The notes beneath the pieces were generated by a model, which saw only the letters and a list, made by a program, of their open reading frames with translations, did not search any database and had not been told where the DNA came from. A stretch of 64,000 nucleotides of DNA from Acidobacteriota bacterium. Its GTDB lineage: Bacteria > Acidobacteriota > UBA890 > WLXD01. Every line of letters starts with the position of its first letter. The first letter of the stretch is position 1. This document shows positions 1-9,907 of the stretch, in pieces. Location of the stretch: positions 288,001 to 352,000 of the forward strand of contig CBDFKD010000002.1 of NCBI GenBank assembly GCA_965248695.1. The letters run 5' to 3'. The position numbers were made by a program, and so were the translations under genes.

Positions 1-2091
1 TTCGTGATCGCTGACGGCTTCGGGTTCGAGGACGGTCACTTTTCCGGCTGGGACGAGGAAACCAGATCCTACGATAAGTCGACCTGGAGCTACGAGCTCG
101 ACGGTCGTGGCCACGCGCGGGTCGACCCGACGCTGCAGCACCCGCGCTGCGTCTTCCAGCTCATGGCGCATCACTACGAGCGCTACACGACCGACGTGGT
201 GGCGTCGATCAGCGGCTGCAGCGCTGAGGCGTTCGAGCGCGCCGCCGAAGTGATCACCTCATCCGGTCGTGCCGGGCGCTCCGGTACGGTGCTCTATGCC
301 CTCGGGTGGACCCAGCACAGTCACTCCGTCCAGCTAATCCACTGCGCCGCGATGCTGCAGCTGTTGCTGGGCAACGTCGGCATTCCAGGCGGCGGCGTAA
401 ACGCGCAGCGCGGCCACTCCAATATCCAGGGCGCCACCGACATGGGCGCCTGGAACATGCTACCCGGCTACCTGAAGGTCCCCCAGGCATCGCAGACATC
501 ACTGGCCGAGTACAACGCCGCCAACTCGCCGCGCGCGCTGCGACCGAACTCGATGAACTACTGGGGTAGCACGCCGCGCTTCATGACCAGCCTGCTGAAG
601 GCGTACTACGGCGCCAACGCCCAGGCATCGAACGATTTCGGCTACGACTGGCTGCCGAAGATCGACGAGAGCGCCAACCACAGCTGGGGCCAGATCTTCG
701 ACCGCATGAACGAGGACGAGATGGAGGGCTTGATCTCGTTCGGCATGAACCCGGTGGCCAACGGGCCCAACACTCCGAAGATGATCGCCGCGCTCGGCAA
801 GCTGAAGTGGATGATCGTGGTCGAGAATTTCGAGACCGAGACAGCAGCGTTCTGGAAGGCGCAGGATCTGGCCGGTGAGTACTACCCGGCCGCAAAGAGC
901 CCCGAGGACATCGACACCGAGGTCTTCCTGCTGCCGGCCGGCTGTTTTGCCGAGAAGGATGGAACGTTCGTCAACTCGTCGCGCTGGTTGCAGTGGAAGG
1001 ACGCCGCCCTACCCCCGCCCGGCGACGCCAAGAACGACCAGGAGATCATCGCCAGATTGTTCCTGAAGCTCCGCGAGCTGTATCAGCAGGAGGGCGGTAC
1101 CGCCCCGGAGCCACTGCTCAACATCGCCTGGAACTACGGCAACGCCGTATCGCCGTCGCTGACCGAGGTGGCCAAGGAGGTCAGCGGACGATCGATCGGC
1201 GATGCGCGACAGGTAGATGGCTTCGGTGAGCTGCGCGCCGACGGGTCGACGCTCTGTGGCAACTGGCTCTACTCCGGCTCGTTCACCGAGGCCGGCAACA
1301 TGATGGACCGTCGGGGGCAGGAAGACCCGACCGGGTTGGGCTTGTTCGCCGACTACGCCTGGAGTTGGCCGGCCAACCGCCGGGTGCTCTACAACCGTGC
1401 CTCGGCCGATGCCGACGGTCGGCCGTGGGACGCCACCCGTGCGCCCATCCGCTGGGACGACGGCCGTTATCTGGGAGATGTCGCCGACTACGGGGCCAGC
1501 GCGCCGCCCGAGCAGTACGGTTCGTTCATCATGCTCGCCGAGGGTGTGGCGAAGCTGTTCGCGCCCGACTTCGTGGAGGGGCCGTTCCCGGAACACTACG
1601 AGCCGGTCGAGTCGCCGGTCGACAACCTCCTGCATCCGACGGTGAACAGCAATCCGATGGCGACGATCATGTCCGGCGAACTCGATCCTCTGGGCAGTGC
1701 CGAAGACTACCCCTACGTGGCGGTGACCTTCCGGTTGACGGAGCACTTCCACTACTGGACCAAGCACGTGTCCGCCACATCGCAGCTGCAGACGGAGTTT
1801 TTCGTCGAGGTCCCCGAGGAGCTGGCGCGTCAGAAGGACATCGCCAACGGCGATCTGGTCGCTGTAACCGCCGCGCGAGGCCGGGTGGAAGGGCCCGCAA
1901 TGGTGACCAAGCGGCTGCGCGCGCTTCAGGTGAACGATCGACCGGTGTATCAGCTCGGCATACCCATCCACTGGGGCTTCGTAGGCCGAGTGCGTGGACC
2001 GCTGGTCAACAACCTGACCCCCTCGGTGCTCGACCCCAATTCCGGCACACCCGAATACAAAGGGTTCCTGGTGAACCTGGAGAAGCTCTGA
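1..2091 (+). CDS. fdnG: Formate dehydrogenase alpha (Mo/W-bisPGD) subunit, 5'-partial
   Basis: Motifs YALGWTQH, RGHSNIQGATD, EKDGTFVNSSRWLQW, WSWPANRRVLYNRAS, TPEYK; the frame is open at the window edge. Confidence 0.93.
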   Translation, partial: FVIADGFGFEDGHFSGWDEETRSYDKSTWSYELDGRGHARVDPTLQHPRCVFQLMAHHYERYTTDVVASISGCSAEAFERAAEVITSSGRAGRSGTVLYALGWTQHSHSVQLIHCAAMLQLLLGNVGIPGGGVNAQRGHSNIQGATDMGAWNMLPGYLKVPQASQTSLAEYNAANSPRALRPNSMNYWGSTPRFMTSLLKAYYGANAQASNDFGYDWLPKIDESANHSWGQIFDRMNEDEMEGLISFGMNPVANGPNTPKMIAALGKLKWMIVVENFETETAAFWKAQDLAGEYYPAAKSPEDIDTEVFLLPAGCFAEKDGTFVNSSRWLQWKDAALPPPGDAKNDQEIIARLFLKLRELYQQEGGTAPEPLLNIAWNYGNAVSPSLTEVAKEVSGRSIGDARQVDGFGELRADGSTLCGNWLYSGSFTEAGNMMDRRGQEDPTGLGLFADYAWSWPANRRVLYNRASADADGRPWDATRAPIRWDDGRYLGDVADYGASAPPEQYGSFIMLAEGVAKLFAPDFVEGPFPEHYEPVESPVDNLLHPTVNSNPMATIMSGELDPLGSAEDYPYVAVTFRLTEHFHYWTKHVSATSQLQTEFFVEVPEELARQKDIANGDLVAVTAARGRVEGPAMVTKRLRALQVNDRPVYQLGIPIHWGFVGRVRGPLVNNLTPSVLDPNSGTPEYKGFLVNLEKL

Positions 2092-2095
2092 GCTC

Positions 2096-2893
2096 ATGAC
2101 CGAGATCGTCGCCAAGCTGATCGACACCTCGACCTGCATCGGCTGCAAAGCCTGCGAGGCCGCCTGTCAGCAGTGGAACGACCAGGGCACCACGTACGGC
2201 ACCTTCGACGGCACGTATCAGACGATGCCGGAAGTCCGCCACGACTTCTGGAACCTGATCAAGTTCAAGGAAATCGAGCACGAGGACAACACTCTCGACT
2301 GGATCTTCTCCAAGTACCAGTGCATGCACTGCGTCGAGCCCGGGTGCATGGATGTGTGCCCGGTTCCGGGAGCGATCTTCCGGCACGACAACGGCATCGT
2401 CGATTTCGACCACAACCTGTGCATCGGCTGCGGCTACTGCATCGCCGGCTGCCCGTTTGACATCCCGCGGTTGTCGCCGGTGACCCAGAAGGTCTACAAG
2501 TGCAACTTGTGCTCCGACCGCACCTCGGTCGGGCTCGAGCCGGCTTGCGTGAAAGCCTGCCCGACGAGCTGTCTGACCTTCGGCACCCGCGACGATCTGC
2601 TGCAGGTCGCGGAGAGCCGCGCCGAGGATCTTCGTGGTGCCGGTCATGACAACGCCGGCGTATACAACCCCATGGGCGTCGGCGGGACCAACGTGCTGTA
2701 CGTCCTCAAGGATGCCGAGCGACCGCAGAGCTACGGTCTGCCGGCCGACCCGGCGGTGCACTGGACCGTAAAGCTCTGGAAGGGGCCAGTGAAGTGGTTC
2801 GGCAACCTGGTCTTCTTCGGCGGACTCCTCGGGGTGCTGTTGCACTACGTTCGCGTCGGGCCCCTGGGTGAAGAGCACGGGGGTGAGGCGTGA
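2096..2893 (+). CDS. fdnH: Formate dehydrogenase beta (iron-sulfur) subunit
   Basis: Four Cys clusters (CIGCKAC, CMHCVEPGC, CIGCGYC, CNLC..PACVKAC) and a C-terminal TM helix. Confidence 0.93.
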   Translation: MTEIVAKLIDTSTCIGCKACEAACQQWNDQGTTYGTFDGTYQTMPEVRHDFWNLIKFKEIEHEDNTLDWIFSKYQCMHCVEPGCMDVCPVPGAIFRHDNGIVDFDHNLCIGCGYCIAGCPFDIPRLSPVTQKVYKCNLCSDRTSVGLEPACVKACPTSCLTFGTRDDLLQVAESRAEDLRGAGHDNAGVYNPMGVGGTNVLYVLKDAERPQSYGLPADPAVHWTVKLWKGPVKWFGNLVFFGGLLGVLLHYVRVGPLGEEHGGEA

Positions 2894-3516
2894 GCGCACC
2901 GCTCGACGAAGGGCGTATCGAACGGTTCTCGGCCCGCGAGCGCACGATCCACTGGCTGGTGGCACTCAGCTTCGTGTACGTCGCGCTGACCGGATTGTCG
3001 CTGTGGAGTCACAAGTTGTTGTGGCTGTCGACGCTGTTCGGCGGTGGCGAGACCATCCGCTGGGGACACCCCTGGGGCGGCGTGGTGTTCGCCGCCATCC
3101 TCGGGGCGTTGTTCGTCAAGTGGGCACGCCAGATGCGGGTCGACTCCGACGATCGTCGTTGGCTCCGTCAGTCGCATCGGTACGCGGTCAACGACGCTAC
3201 CGGGTTGCCGGAAGCCGGGCGCTTCAACGCCGGGCAGAAGATGTTGTTCTGGGCTCAGGCGGTGGCCACTGTGGCGCTGCTCGCCAGCGGCCTGGTGATG
3301 TGGTTCCCCGGCACCGCGCCACGTGACCTCACGTTCGCCGCCCTGCTCATCCATCCACTCGCGGCAGTGATCTCCATCGGCGGCATCATCGTCCACATCT
3401 ACATGGCGGTGGCGGCGATCCCGGGGTCGCTCCGGGCGATGACACGCGGCTGGGTGAGCCCCGCATGGGCCGCGTCGCACCACGCCAAGTGGTACGCCAA
3501 GATCTCCGGCCGCTGA
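2890..3516 (+). CDS. fdnI: Formate dehydrogenase gamma (cytochrome b556) subunit
   Basis: ERTIHW, GRFNAGQK, HIYMA, MTRGWV..WA..HH.KWY; GTGA overlap with fdnH. Confidence 0.92.
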   Translation: MSAPLDEGRIERFSARERTIHWLVALSFVYVALTGLSLWSHKLLWLSTLFGGGETIRWGHPWGGVVFAAILGALFVKWARQMRVDSDDRRWLRQSHRYAVNDATGLPEAGRFNAGQKMLFWAQAVATVALLASGLVMWFPGTAPRDLTFAALLIHPLAAVISIGGIIVHIYMAVAAIPGSLRAMTRGWVSPAWAASHHAKWYAKISGR

Positions 3517-3541
3517 GCGTCCTGCGCCGTACGGAGCGCCG

Positions 3542-4339
3542 TTGCCGCCGGATGAAGTTCCGCTGACCGCGCCGCTGCCGGCTCAGCCGGATTTCGGCTC
3601 GCTCTGCGCGCGCCGTGAAGCCCGCGCGCGGGAGCTTGCCGAACGTCACCCGGCAACGCGCCAGGCGCTGGAGTTCTACGCCGAGATCGCTACGTTCCAG
3701 GCGCGCGTCTCGACCGAGTCGCCGCTGGACTCGCGCGCCGACCTCGTAGACCTCGTCCTCCGGATCGCGCCCGATCCACTCGCGGCAGCCGCGCGAGATC
3801 TCGATCCCGCCGCCGGCGAGCTTGCGCTCAGAGCCTATCGGGGCGGCGTCGACACGGAATCGCCACAGAGCTTCTTCGCCCGCGTCCTGCTGGGGCCGGC
3901 AGCGGCTGCCGGCACGCTCGACCTGGCGGAGATCGCCGATTCGCCGCGCGACCGGAACGGCAGTGCTTCTGGCGGCTCTAGTGACACCTGTCCACGGTGC
4001 GGCCACGCGCCGCAGGCCTGCTGTTCGCGAACCAGTGGCGATGGCACGGCCCTGAGCCTCTCGTGCTCCCTCTGTCTGGCGGAATGGGACTTTCCTCGCG
4101 CACGGTGCGCTGCCTGCGGCGGTGACGATGACTCCCAGCTAGCATGGTACGGAACCGACGATCTGCCGCAACTTCAAGTCCGCGCTTGCGAGAGCTGCAA
4201 TCGGTACCTGCATACCGTCAGCATGGTCGCCGACCCGCGTGCGATACCCGACGTCGACGAGATCGCCGCGTTGCCGCTGGATGTTTGGGCCAGCGAGCGC
4301 GGCTACCGCAAGCAGCGGCCGAACCTCGTGGGCCTCTGA
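3542..4339 (+). CDS. fdhE: Formate dehydrogenase accessory protein FdhE
   Basis: CPRCG, CSLC, CAACG and CESC pairs plus DEIAALPLD; operon context. Confidence 0.88.
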   Translation: MPPDEVPLTAPLPAQPDFGSLCARREARARELAERHPATRQALEFYAEIATFQARVSTESPLDSRADLVDLVLRIAPDPLAAAARDLDPAAGELALRAYRGGVDTESPQSFFARVLLGPAAAAGTLDLAEIADSPRDRNGSASGGSSDTCPRCGHAPQACCSRTSGDGTALSLSCSLCLAEWDFPRARCAACGGDDDSQLAWYGTDDLPQLQVRACESCNRYLHTVSMVADPRAIPDVDEIAALPLDVWASERGYRKQRPNLVGL

Positions 4340-4357
4340 GGATCGCGATTCGGCTCC

Positions 4358-4547
4358 TCAGAAGCCGAATTCGCGCTGCACCGGCGAGTCGGCGCGCTCC
4401 AAGCCGGCCGAAGTGAGCACGAAGCGATCGAAGTACTGCCGCGCGATCATCGCCTCGGCATCTGCTGCCCGTAGCGTCGCCAGGTAGAAGTCCTGCGGCG
4501 TGAGCGGGGCCGCCAGACCCGCGTCGACGATCGGACGGCCACCGTCC
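4358..4547 (-). pseudogene. C-terminal gene fragment cut off by IS3
   Basis: Minus frame DGGRPIVDAGLAAP...VQREFGF* is open up to the IS3 left end. Confidence 0.45.
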
Positions 4548-4613
4548 TGACCTGACCCCCGAAAACGGATCCGGATGTAATCTCACGATCTGGGTCAAGA
4601 ACGGGAGGTCAGA

Positions 4614-4892
4614 ATGCCGAGTAAGAGGCACAGCGCCGAGCAGATCGTACGCAAGCTCCGGGAGGCTGAGGTGGAGCTGGCTCGAGGGGCGACGGTCAAG
4701 GATGCCTGCCGCAAGCTAGCAATCACCGAGCACACCTACTACCGGTGGCGGCGAGAGTACGGCGGACTGAAGCTCAACCAGGCCAGAAAGCTCAAGCAAC
4801 TGGAGAAGGAGAATGCCCGGCTCAAGAGGCTGGTGGCGGAAAAGGAACTCGACCTGTCGATCCTGAAGGAAGTGGCGGAGGGAAACTTCTGA
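4614..4892 (+). CDS. IS3 transposase OrfA
   Basis: HTH and zipper; ends GNF*. Confidence 0.92.
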   Translation: MPSKRHSAEQIVRKLREAEVELARGATVKDACRKLAITEHTYYRWRREYGGLKLNQARKLKQLEKENARLKRLVAEKELDLSILKEVAEGNF

Positions 4893-5773
4893 GCCCAGCT
4901 CGGCGGCGAGAGGCGGTGGCACATGTACGGGGGCGGCTGGGCGTCTCGGAGAGGCGGGCGTGTCGGGTACTGAAACAACCACGCACGACACACCGGTACG
5001 TGCCAAGAGAGCCGCAACAGGAGCAGATTTTGACGGAGCGGATCGTGGATTTAGCCCGACAGTACGGGCGCTACGGATATCGGAGGGTGACAGCGTTGCT
5101 GCGCATGGAGGGCTGGTCCGTGAACCACAAACGAGTGCAGCGTATCTGGCGGCGCGAAGGGCTGAAAGTACCGAGAAAACAGCCCAAACGAGCACGGCTG
5201 TGGCTGAGCGATGGCTCCTGCATCCGGCTGCGCCCACAGCACCGGGATCATGTCTGGGCGTATGACTTCCTGCACCACCGGACGCACGACGGTCGGGCTA
5301 TGAGGCTGCTGACGATCGTCGATGAGTACACACGAGAAAGCCTGGCGATCCATGTAGCACGGAAGCTCAACTCTGAGGACGTGCTGGAGCAGCTCGGGAG
5401 GTTGTTCGTACACCGGGGCATACCTGAGCACATCCGGTCGGATAACGGACCAGAGTTCACCGCCGAGGCGGTTCGCGACTGGCTGGGCCGGTTGGGCGTG
5501 GGGACGCTGTTCATCGAGCCGGGCTCGCCGTGGGAGAACGGTTACGTGGAGAGCTTCAACGGCAAGCTACGCGACGAGCTGCTGGATGGAGAGATCTTCT
5601 ACACGCTCAAGGAGGCAAAGGTTCTGATCGAGAGATGGCGTCAGCACTACAACCGCATGCGACCGCACAGCTCGCTGAGCTATCGGCCGCCCGCACCCGA
5701 AGCGACGTTGTTGAAGCCGGCTGCGCTCCGCTTCGCCGGCCTCAACAACCTCTTGTCAGCACCGAGTTACTGA
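4880..5773 (+). CDS. IS3 transposase OrfB (DDE), expressed by -1 frameshift
   Basis: WAYDF, SDNGPEF, ENGYVESFNG; -1 frame relative to orfA; slippery heptamer G GGA AAC at 4880-4886. Confidence 0.9.
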   Translation, partial: GKLLSPARRREAVAHVRGRLGVSERRACRVLKQPRTTHRYVPREPQQEQILTERIVDLARQYGRYGYRRVTALLRMEGWSVNHKRVQRIWRREGLKVPRKQPKRARLWLSDGSCIRLRPQHRDHVWAYDFLHHRTHDGRAMRLLTIVDEYTRESLAIHVARKLNSEDVLEQLGRLFVHRGIPEHIRSDNGPEFTAEAVRDWLGRLGVGTLFIEPGSPWENGYVESFNGKLRDELLDGEIFYTLKEAKVLIERWRQHYNRMRPHSSLSYRPPAPEATLLKPAALRFAGLNNLLSAPSY

Positions 5774-5807
5774 GATAAGACATGGTACTAACCGCGGGGT
5801 CAGGTCA

Positions 5808-6007
5808 CTGCGTGCGCCCTCCGCCCGGACTCTTGCACTCGGATGATTGCCCACCGCGGTGTGGTCTGAAATCAGGATGTAGCTGCTCGACGCCTCATCG
5901 GGCTTGTAGATCGTAGTGCCGGTCGGAAAGACAGTCTGGGCGACAGCCTGGTGCGCCAGTGCAGCTACCGTCAGCACACCGGCCGAGATTGAAAGGGCGT
6001 GTTTCAT
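5808..6007 (-). pseudogene. N-terminal fragment of a secreted protein (arylsulfate sulfotransferase-like), truncated by IS3
   Basis: Signal peptide MKHALSISAG...AVAQ followed by TVFPTGTTIYKPDEA; RBS GGAGA; runs into the IS end. Confidence 0.5.
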
Positions 6008-6109
6008 GACGGTCATCGTTCTCTCCCTGGATGAAGGACTGCTGAACGTCCTCTTGGCCCCGGCACACAGTTTTCTCGGCGGCCATAGAGCGTACCGTCA
6101 GGCACGGCA

Positions 6110-7513
6110 GAGTTATTTGCAAATGTTGTGGATCGGTGGATTTGTTCAGGCGGCGTCTTCGCTAGCGATCAGGTGAACTCCATCGACGAATGTGGCGCCC
6201 TCGAGTACGAGGGCAGTGAGGTGAGGAGCGTTGATGCGGCGCCATCGTTGCTGTGCCATCTCCAGGAGCTTGAATGCCATCGTCAGCGCCTTGGTGCGTG
6301 AGCCGGCGCCCTTGGTGACGCGTTGTCTCAGGCGTACGGTGGCGAACGCCGACTCGATCGGGTTGGCCGTGCGCAGATGAACCCAGTGGTCGGCGGGGAA
6401 GTCGTAGAACGTCAGCAGCTTGTCGGAGTCGCGTTGCAACGACGCCACGGCCTTGGAGTACTTGGCGCCGTAGTCGGCTGCGAACCGCGCCATGCCCTCC
6501 TGAGCATCCTCGCGCGTTGGCGCACCGATGATCTCGTGCAGCGCGCGCTTGGCTTTGGCCTGCAGCCGCCTCGGTAGCTTGTCGAGCACGTTGCCAAGCC
6601 GATGCACCCAGCATCGTTGCTCTCGAGTCTGGGGCCATACATCCCGCACCGCCGCCCAGAACCCCAGCGCCCCATCACCCACTGCCACGAGCGGCGCCCG
6701 CATGCCTCGACGCTTCAGCTCCCGGAGCACGAACGCCCAGCTCTCGGTGCTCTCTCGATACCCGTCCTCGACCGCGATGAGCTCCTTGGTTCCGTCCGGC
6801 AAAACGCCCAGGATCACCAGCGTGCACAGCCGATCATCCTCGAGTCGAATGTTGAAGTGCACACCGTCCGCCCACACGTATACGTACTGCTTGGTGGACA
6901 GATCCAGCTTCCGGAATGCCTCGTACTCCGTGCTCCAGGCGTTCGTCAGCCGGCAGATCGCCGATGCCGACAGCCCGCTGGCTTCCTGTCCCAGTAAGAT
7001 CGGCAGCGCCTCCTTGAAGTCGCCCGTCGACAGGCCCCGCAGGTACAGCACCGGCAGCACCTCCGCCACCTTCGGCGAGCGCCGCATGTAGGGCGGCAGG
7101 ATCCGACTGCTGAACCGCTGCCTCAGTCCCTGCTCGTCGAGCCGCTTGTCGTTGACCCGTGGCGCGGCTACTTGCACCGTCCCGCACCCCAACGTGATCT
7201 TGCGTGCGCGAGCCCGACCGTTGCGTACCACTTGCCGACGGCCGGCTTCATCCAGTTGCCCGGCGTGGCTCTGGATATACTCCTGAACCTCCCACTCCAG
7301 TGCTGTTGCCAGCATCTGCAGCGCGCCCTGCCGGGCGAGCTCATCGACGTCCAGTGTCAGCTGTCCTTCCTCCGCGTCCGATCCACCGATAATCTTGAGC
7401 ACGAGTGGCGTCTCCTTCCCGGCCTCCACAGCCGGCTGCTGGTTGTTGATGATCCCAGCGAAGGTTACGCCGCCTTTCTTTTTCCTCCCATCCACAACTT
7501 CCGGTTATATCTC
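6110..7513 (-). mobile_element. IS256-family element type A, copy 1, no TSD
   Basis: Imperfect IRs GAGTTATTTGCAAATGTTGTGGAT / GAGATATAACCGGAAGTTGTGGAT; 1404 bp; one difference seen versus 43190-44593 (7404 A, 44484 G). Confidence 0.93.
6146..7495 (-). CDS. IS256 transposase (start uncertain)
   Basis: LYLRGLSTGDF, WADG, GDGALGFW, QRCWVH, RTANPIES. Confidence 0.93.
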   Translation of the reverse strand: MDGRKKKGGVTFAGIINNQQPAVEAGKETPLVLKIIGGSDAEEGQLTLDVDELARQGALQMLATALEWEVQEYIQSHAGQLDEAGRRQVVRNGRARARKITLGCGTVQVAAPRVNDKRLDEQGLRQRFSSRILPPYMRRSPKVAEVLPVLYLRGLSTGDFKEALPILLGQEASGLSASAICRLTNAWSTEYEAFRKLDLSTKQYVYVWADGVHFNIRLEDDRLCTLVILGVLPDGTKELIAVEDGYRESTESWAFVLRELKRRGMRAPLVAVGDGALGFWAAVRDVWPQTREQRCWVHRLGNVLDKLPRRLQAKAKRALHEIIGAPTREDAQEGMARFAADYGAKYSKAVASLQRDSDKLLTFYDFPADHWVHLRTANPIESAFATVRLRQRVTKGAGSRTKALTMAFKLLEMAQQRWRRINAPHLTALVLEGATFVDGVHLIASEDAA

Positions 7514-8935
7514 CGCAAGCACCTGGTGCTGCTATCGACGGGTTTCACTGATCTCATGCTAGAAGGCATGGACCTTGATAGTCAGGCGGCATTTTCGGAG
7601 GTCAGGTTGAGGGGCGGCGTGCCCCCAAGCTACATGGATCCCGCATACGAGAGCGGATCGCCCGAGGTACGCGCTGCGATCGGAACGGCGGTGCAGAAGC
7701 TGTTGGAAGCCGACGGTGTGATCCATGCGCTGGATCCGCGTGGGCTGCTTGCCCCGGGTGGCGACGCGAGTGAAATGGCCCCTGCCAATAGTCGTGGGCC
7801 CCGGGCTGGGGGCGATGGTCGGGAGGCACTCTACTATCTGGCCTCCGAAACCGGAGGCCAGGCCCATTGGAACCTCAACGACTTGACACCTGCGTTCGCC
7901 CAGGTGGAAGAGGCCACGGCCCACTACTACGTGGTGGCGTATCGCAAACAGCCCACCGATCCGAACACCGTCAGCATCCATGTCCAGGTGCAGCACCCGG
8001 ACATGGAGGTGGTCTCAGCGCCTCGACGGCTCACCACGCCACGGGACTACCAGGACATGAGCGAGGCGCAACAACAGCTGCTTCTGGCCGAAGCCATGAC
8101 GCACGACACCGACGTGGTGGCCATGGCCTTGGACGCCAAGACGGTGAGCTTTCCGGCGCCCTTGGACTCCACACCTTCCGTCGCCGTGTTGCTTCAAGTT
8201 GCGGGAAGAGATCTGGAGCGGGTAGCGGCACAACGGGGCGATGACAAAGTGGAGCTTGAGATCGCTTGTTTGGCCCTCGGTCCGGATCACACGGTATTGG
8301 ATTACGCTCGACGCCGAGTCGGTATTGATGTGGCCCGGATGCGGGCCGCGGGACCGATGCAAGCCCAGTCGTTTCGCCACACGGAGTTTGTCGATGTGCC
8401 CGTGGGCGAGGGTCGGGTGCGGATCTTGGTGCGGGACTCCGAGGTGGGCGACCTCACTGCCACCACGCGGCAATACGACGCGGTGACACTGCCACAGGGC
8501 CTGTTCCTGGCGCAGCCGATCGTGGTGGATGCCTACCGGCTACCGCCGATACGCGGCGACTCCGAGGGGTTCGATCCGCTGCTGCTGAAGGGACAACGCC
8601 TCGTGCCGTCGCCGGTGCCGAGTGTTGTTCCGGGTGGAGGGATCGAGGTTCTGGTTGTCCTTTACAACGTCTCATCGGACTCCACGCCCGCGCAGCTGGT
8701 GGCGGCCACGACGGTGCAGTTACAGGATGCTGCGGGGAGCGTGCACGTGCTGCCGAACCTTCAACTAAAAGCCTCCCAGGTCATTGAAGATGCCAACGCC
8801 GTGCAGTTGCTGTTGGGCGCCTCGGTACCGTCGTACACGACCCTAGGCCAGGCTCAGCTTACGGTTCGGGTTGCTGACCATCTTGGGGGGCGAGCGGTAC
8901 AGGAGGCTACGCAGCTCGTTGTCACTGCGCGCTGA
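7514..8935 (+). pseudogene. 5'-truncated VWFA-related (Acidobacteria-type) protein
   Basis: RKHLVLLSTGF, IHALDPRGL, LASETGG, YYVVAY; N-terminus replaced by IS256. Confidence 0.75.
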
Positions 8936-9032
8936 GGCACCGAGCGCATGGCTAAGCTCGAAGGCTCCGTCACTGGCTTCATGCGCGCCAACCAGCCCAC
9001 GTAGGGACGCATCCGGCAGCAGTAGCACCATC

Positions 9033-9117
9033 TCACCGCCTCGGCACCGGGTTGGTCAGGCGCAGCTCCGAAGCCCCATGGTCACGCCCGTTGATGCAGG
9101 GTGACCACCTACCAGGT
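9033..9117 (-). repeat. ~75-85 bp dispersed repeat, copy A
   Basis: TCACCGCCTCGGCACCG...CCCATGG; similar to 9652-9732 and 14506-14580. Confidence 0.85.
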
Positions 9118-9321
9118 GATCGCAATGCGAAACGCGAAAAGGAGTGGACTATAATTACGAAAACCCGGCCATGTGCGTGACCGGGCTTTCAGAAGAATCA
9201 GATTTGTGTACCAGCGATTCGCGGGGGCTAGTCGCTGTCGGGCGTGGGCCGCCCGAAGTGTGTCTACGGTACCGCTTCGGCCCACTCCCGCGCAAGCACT
9301 CGCCCCAGGAAGCAGTGCGCC

Positions 9322-9576
9322 TGAAGAGATAACAGCTGAGGGGTCGCCATCTTGTTCCTCACGCCCGACGACAACCAAATACCCGGTCGGGGAAGGAGGT
9401 GAGAGCTATGGCTAAATGTCCACCGAAAAAGCGCGTAAAGCGCATCGTTCGACCAGGCAAAAAGCCAGGACCAAAGCCGGTGCGTGTCAAGCCGCACCGG
9501 CGGTCCCCACCGTGCAAGTAGACGGCTAGGTTGACCTGCTGAAGCCCCTGGCGGCCCCTCAGCTGTTATCTCTTCA
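9322..9576. repeat. 255-bp unit bounded by a 28-bp inverted repeat
   Basis: 9322-9349 TGAAGAGATAACAGCTGAGGGGTCGCCA versus 9549-9576 TGGCGGCCCCTCAGCTGTTATCTCTTCA, 27/28 complementary. Confidence 0.92.
9408..9521 (+). CDS. Small basic Pro/Lys/Arg-rich peptide, 37 aa (MAKCPPKKRVKRIVRPGKKPGPKPVRVKPHRRSPPCK)
   Basis: Perfect SD AAGGAGGT 7 nt upstream of ATG; below the ORF-track cutoff. Confidence 0.7.
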   Translation: MAKCPPKKRVKRIVRPGKKPGPKPVRVKPHRRSPPCK

Positions 9577-9651
9577 AAGTTCCAATGATAACAAAATTAC
9601 CTGATTGTGGAGACCTCCCGTCAACCCATGCGTTTCCTGGTAATCGAGTAG

Positions 9652-9732
9652 TCACCGCCTCGGCACCGGGTTCGTCAGGTACAGCTCCGAGGCCCATGGC
9701 CACGCCCGACGATGTAGAGGCCCCTACCAGGT
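9652..9732 (-). repeat. ~75-85 bp dispersed repeat, copy B
   Basis: Alignment by eye to copies A and C. Confidence 0.85.
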
Positions 9733-9907
9733 AACGGCGATCCCTACCGCCACACCCGGCTCCCAGCCGCCCCCGGGGCTCCGCACACCACCCCCGAGCG
9801 TCGCTTTCCATGTCGTCGAAATCGAACCTTCAGCCTTGTCGGCGTAATCTTGTTCGTTGCTCATGCTTCGGCCCTGTGCATTCCGAGGGGCGGCGGGCGT
9901 GGCTTCC

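Larger units (their letters stand above)
4548..5807 (+). mobile_element. IS3-family element (IS407-like), copy 1, no target-site duplication (TSD)
   Basis: Ends TGACCTGACCCC / GGGGTCAGGTCA; orfA/orfB; 1260 bp; appears identical to 40802-42061; flanks GTCC and CTGC differ. Confidence 0.95.

Noticed and set aside
7172-8935. 587-aa ORF as an intact gene
   Set aside because: The first ~114 codons are antisense IS256 sequence fortuitously in frame with the VWFA fragment
9322-9576. Retron a1/a2 ncRNA
   Set aside because: No reverse transcriptase anywhere in the window
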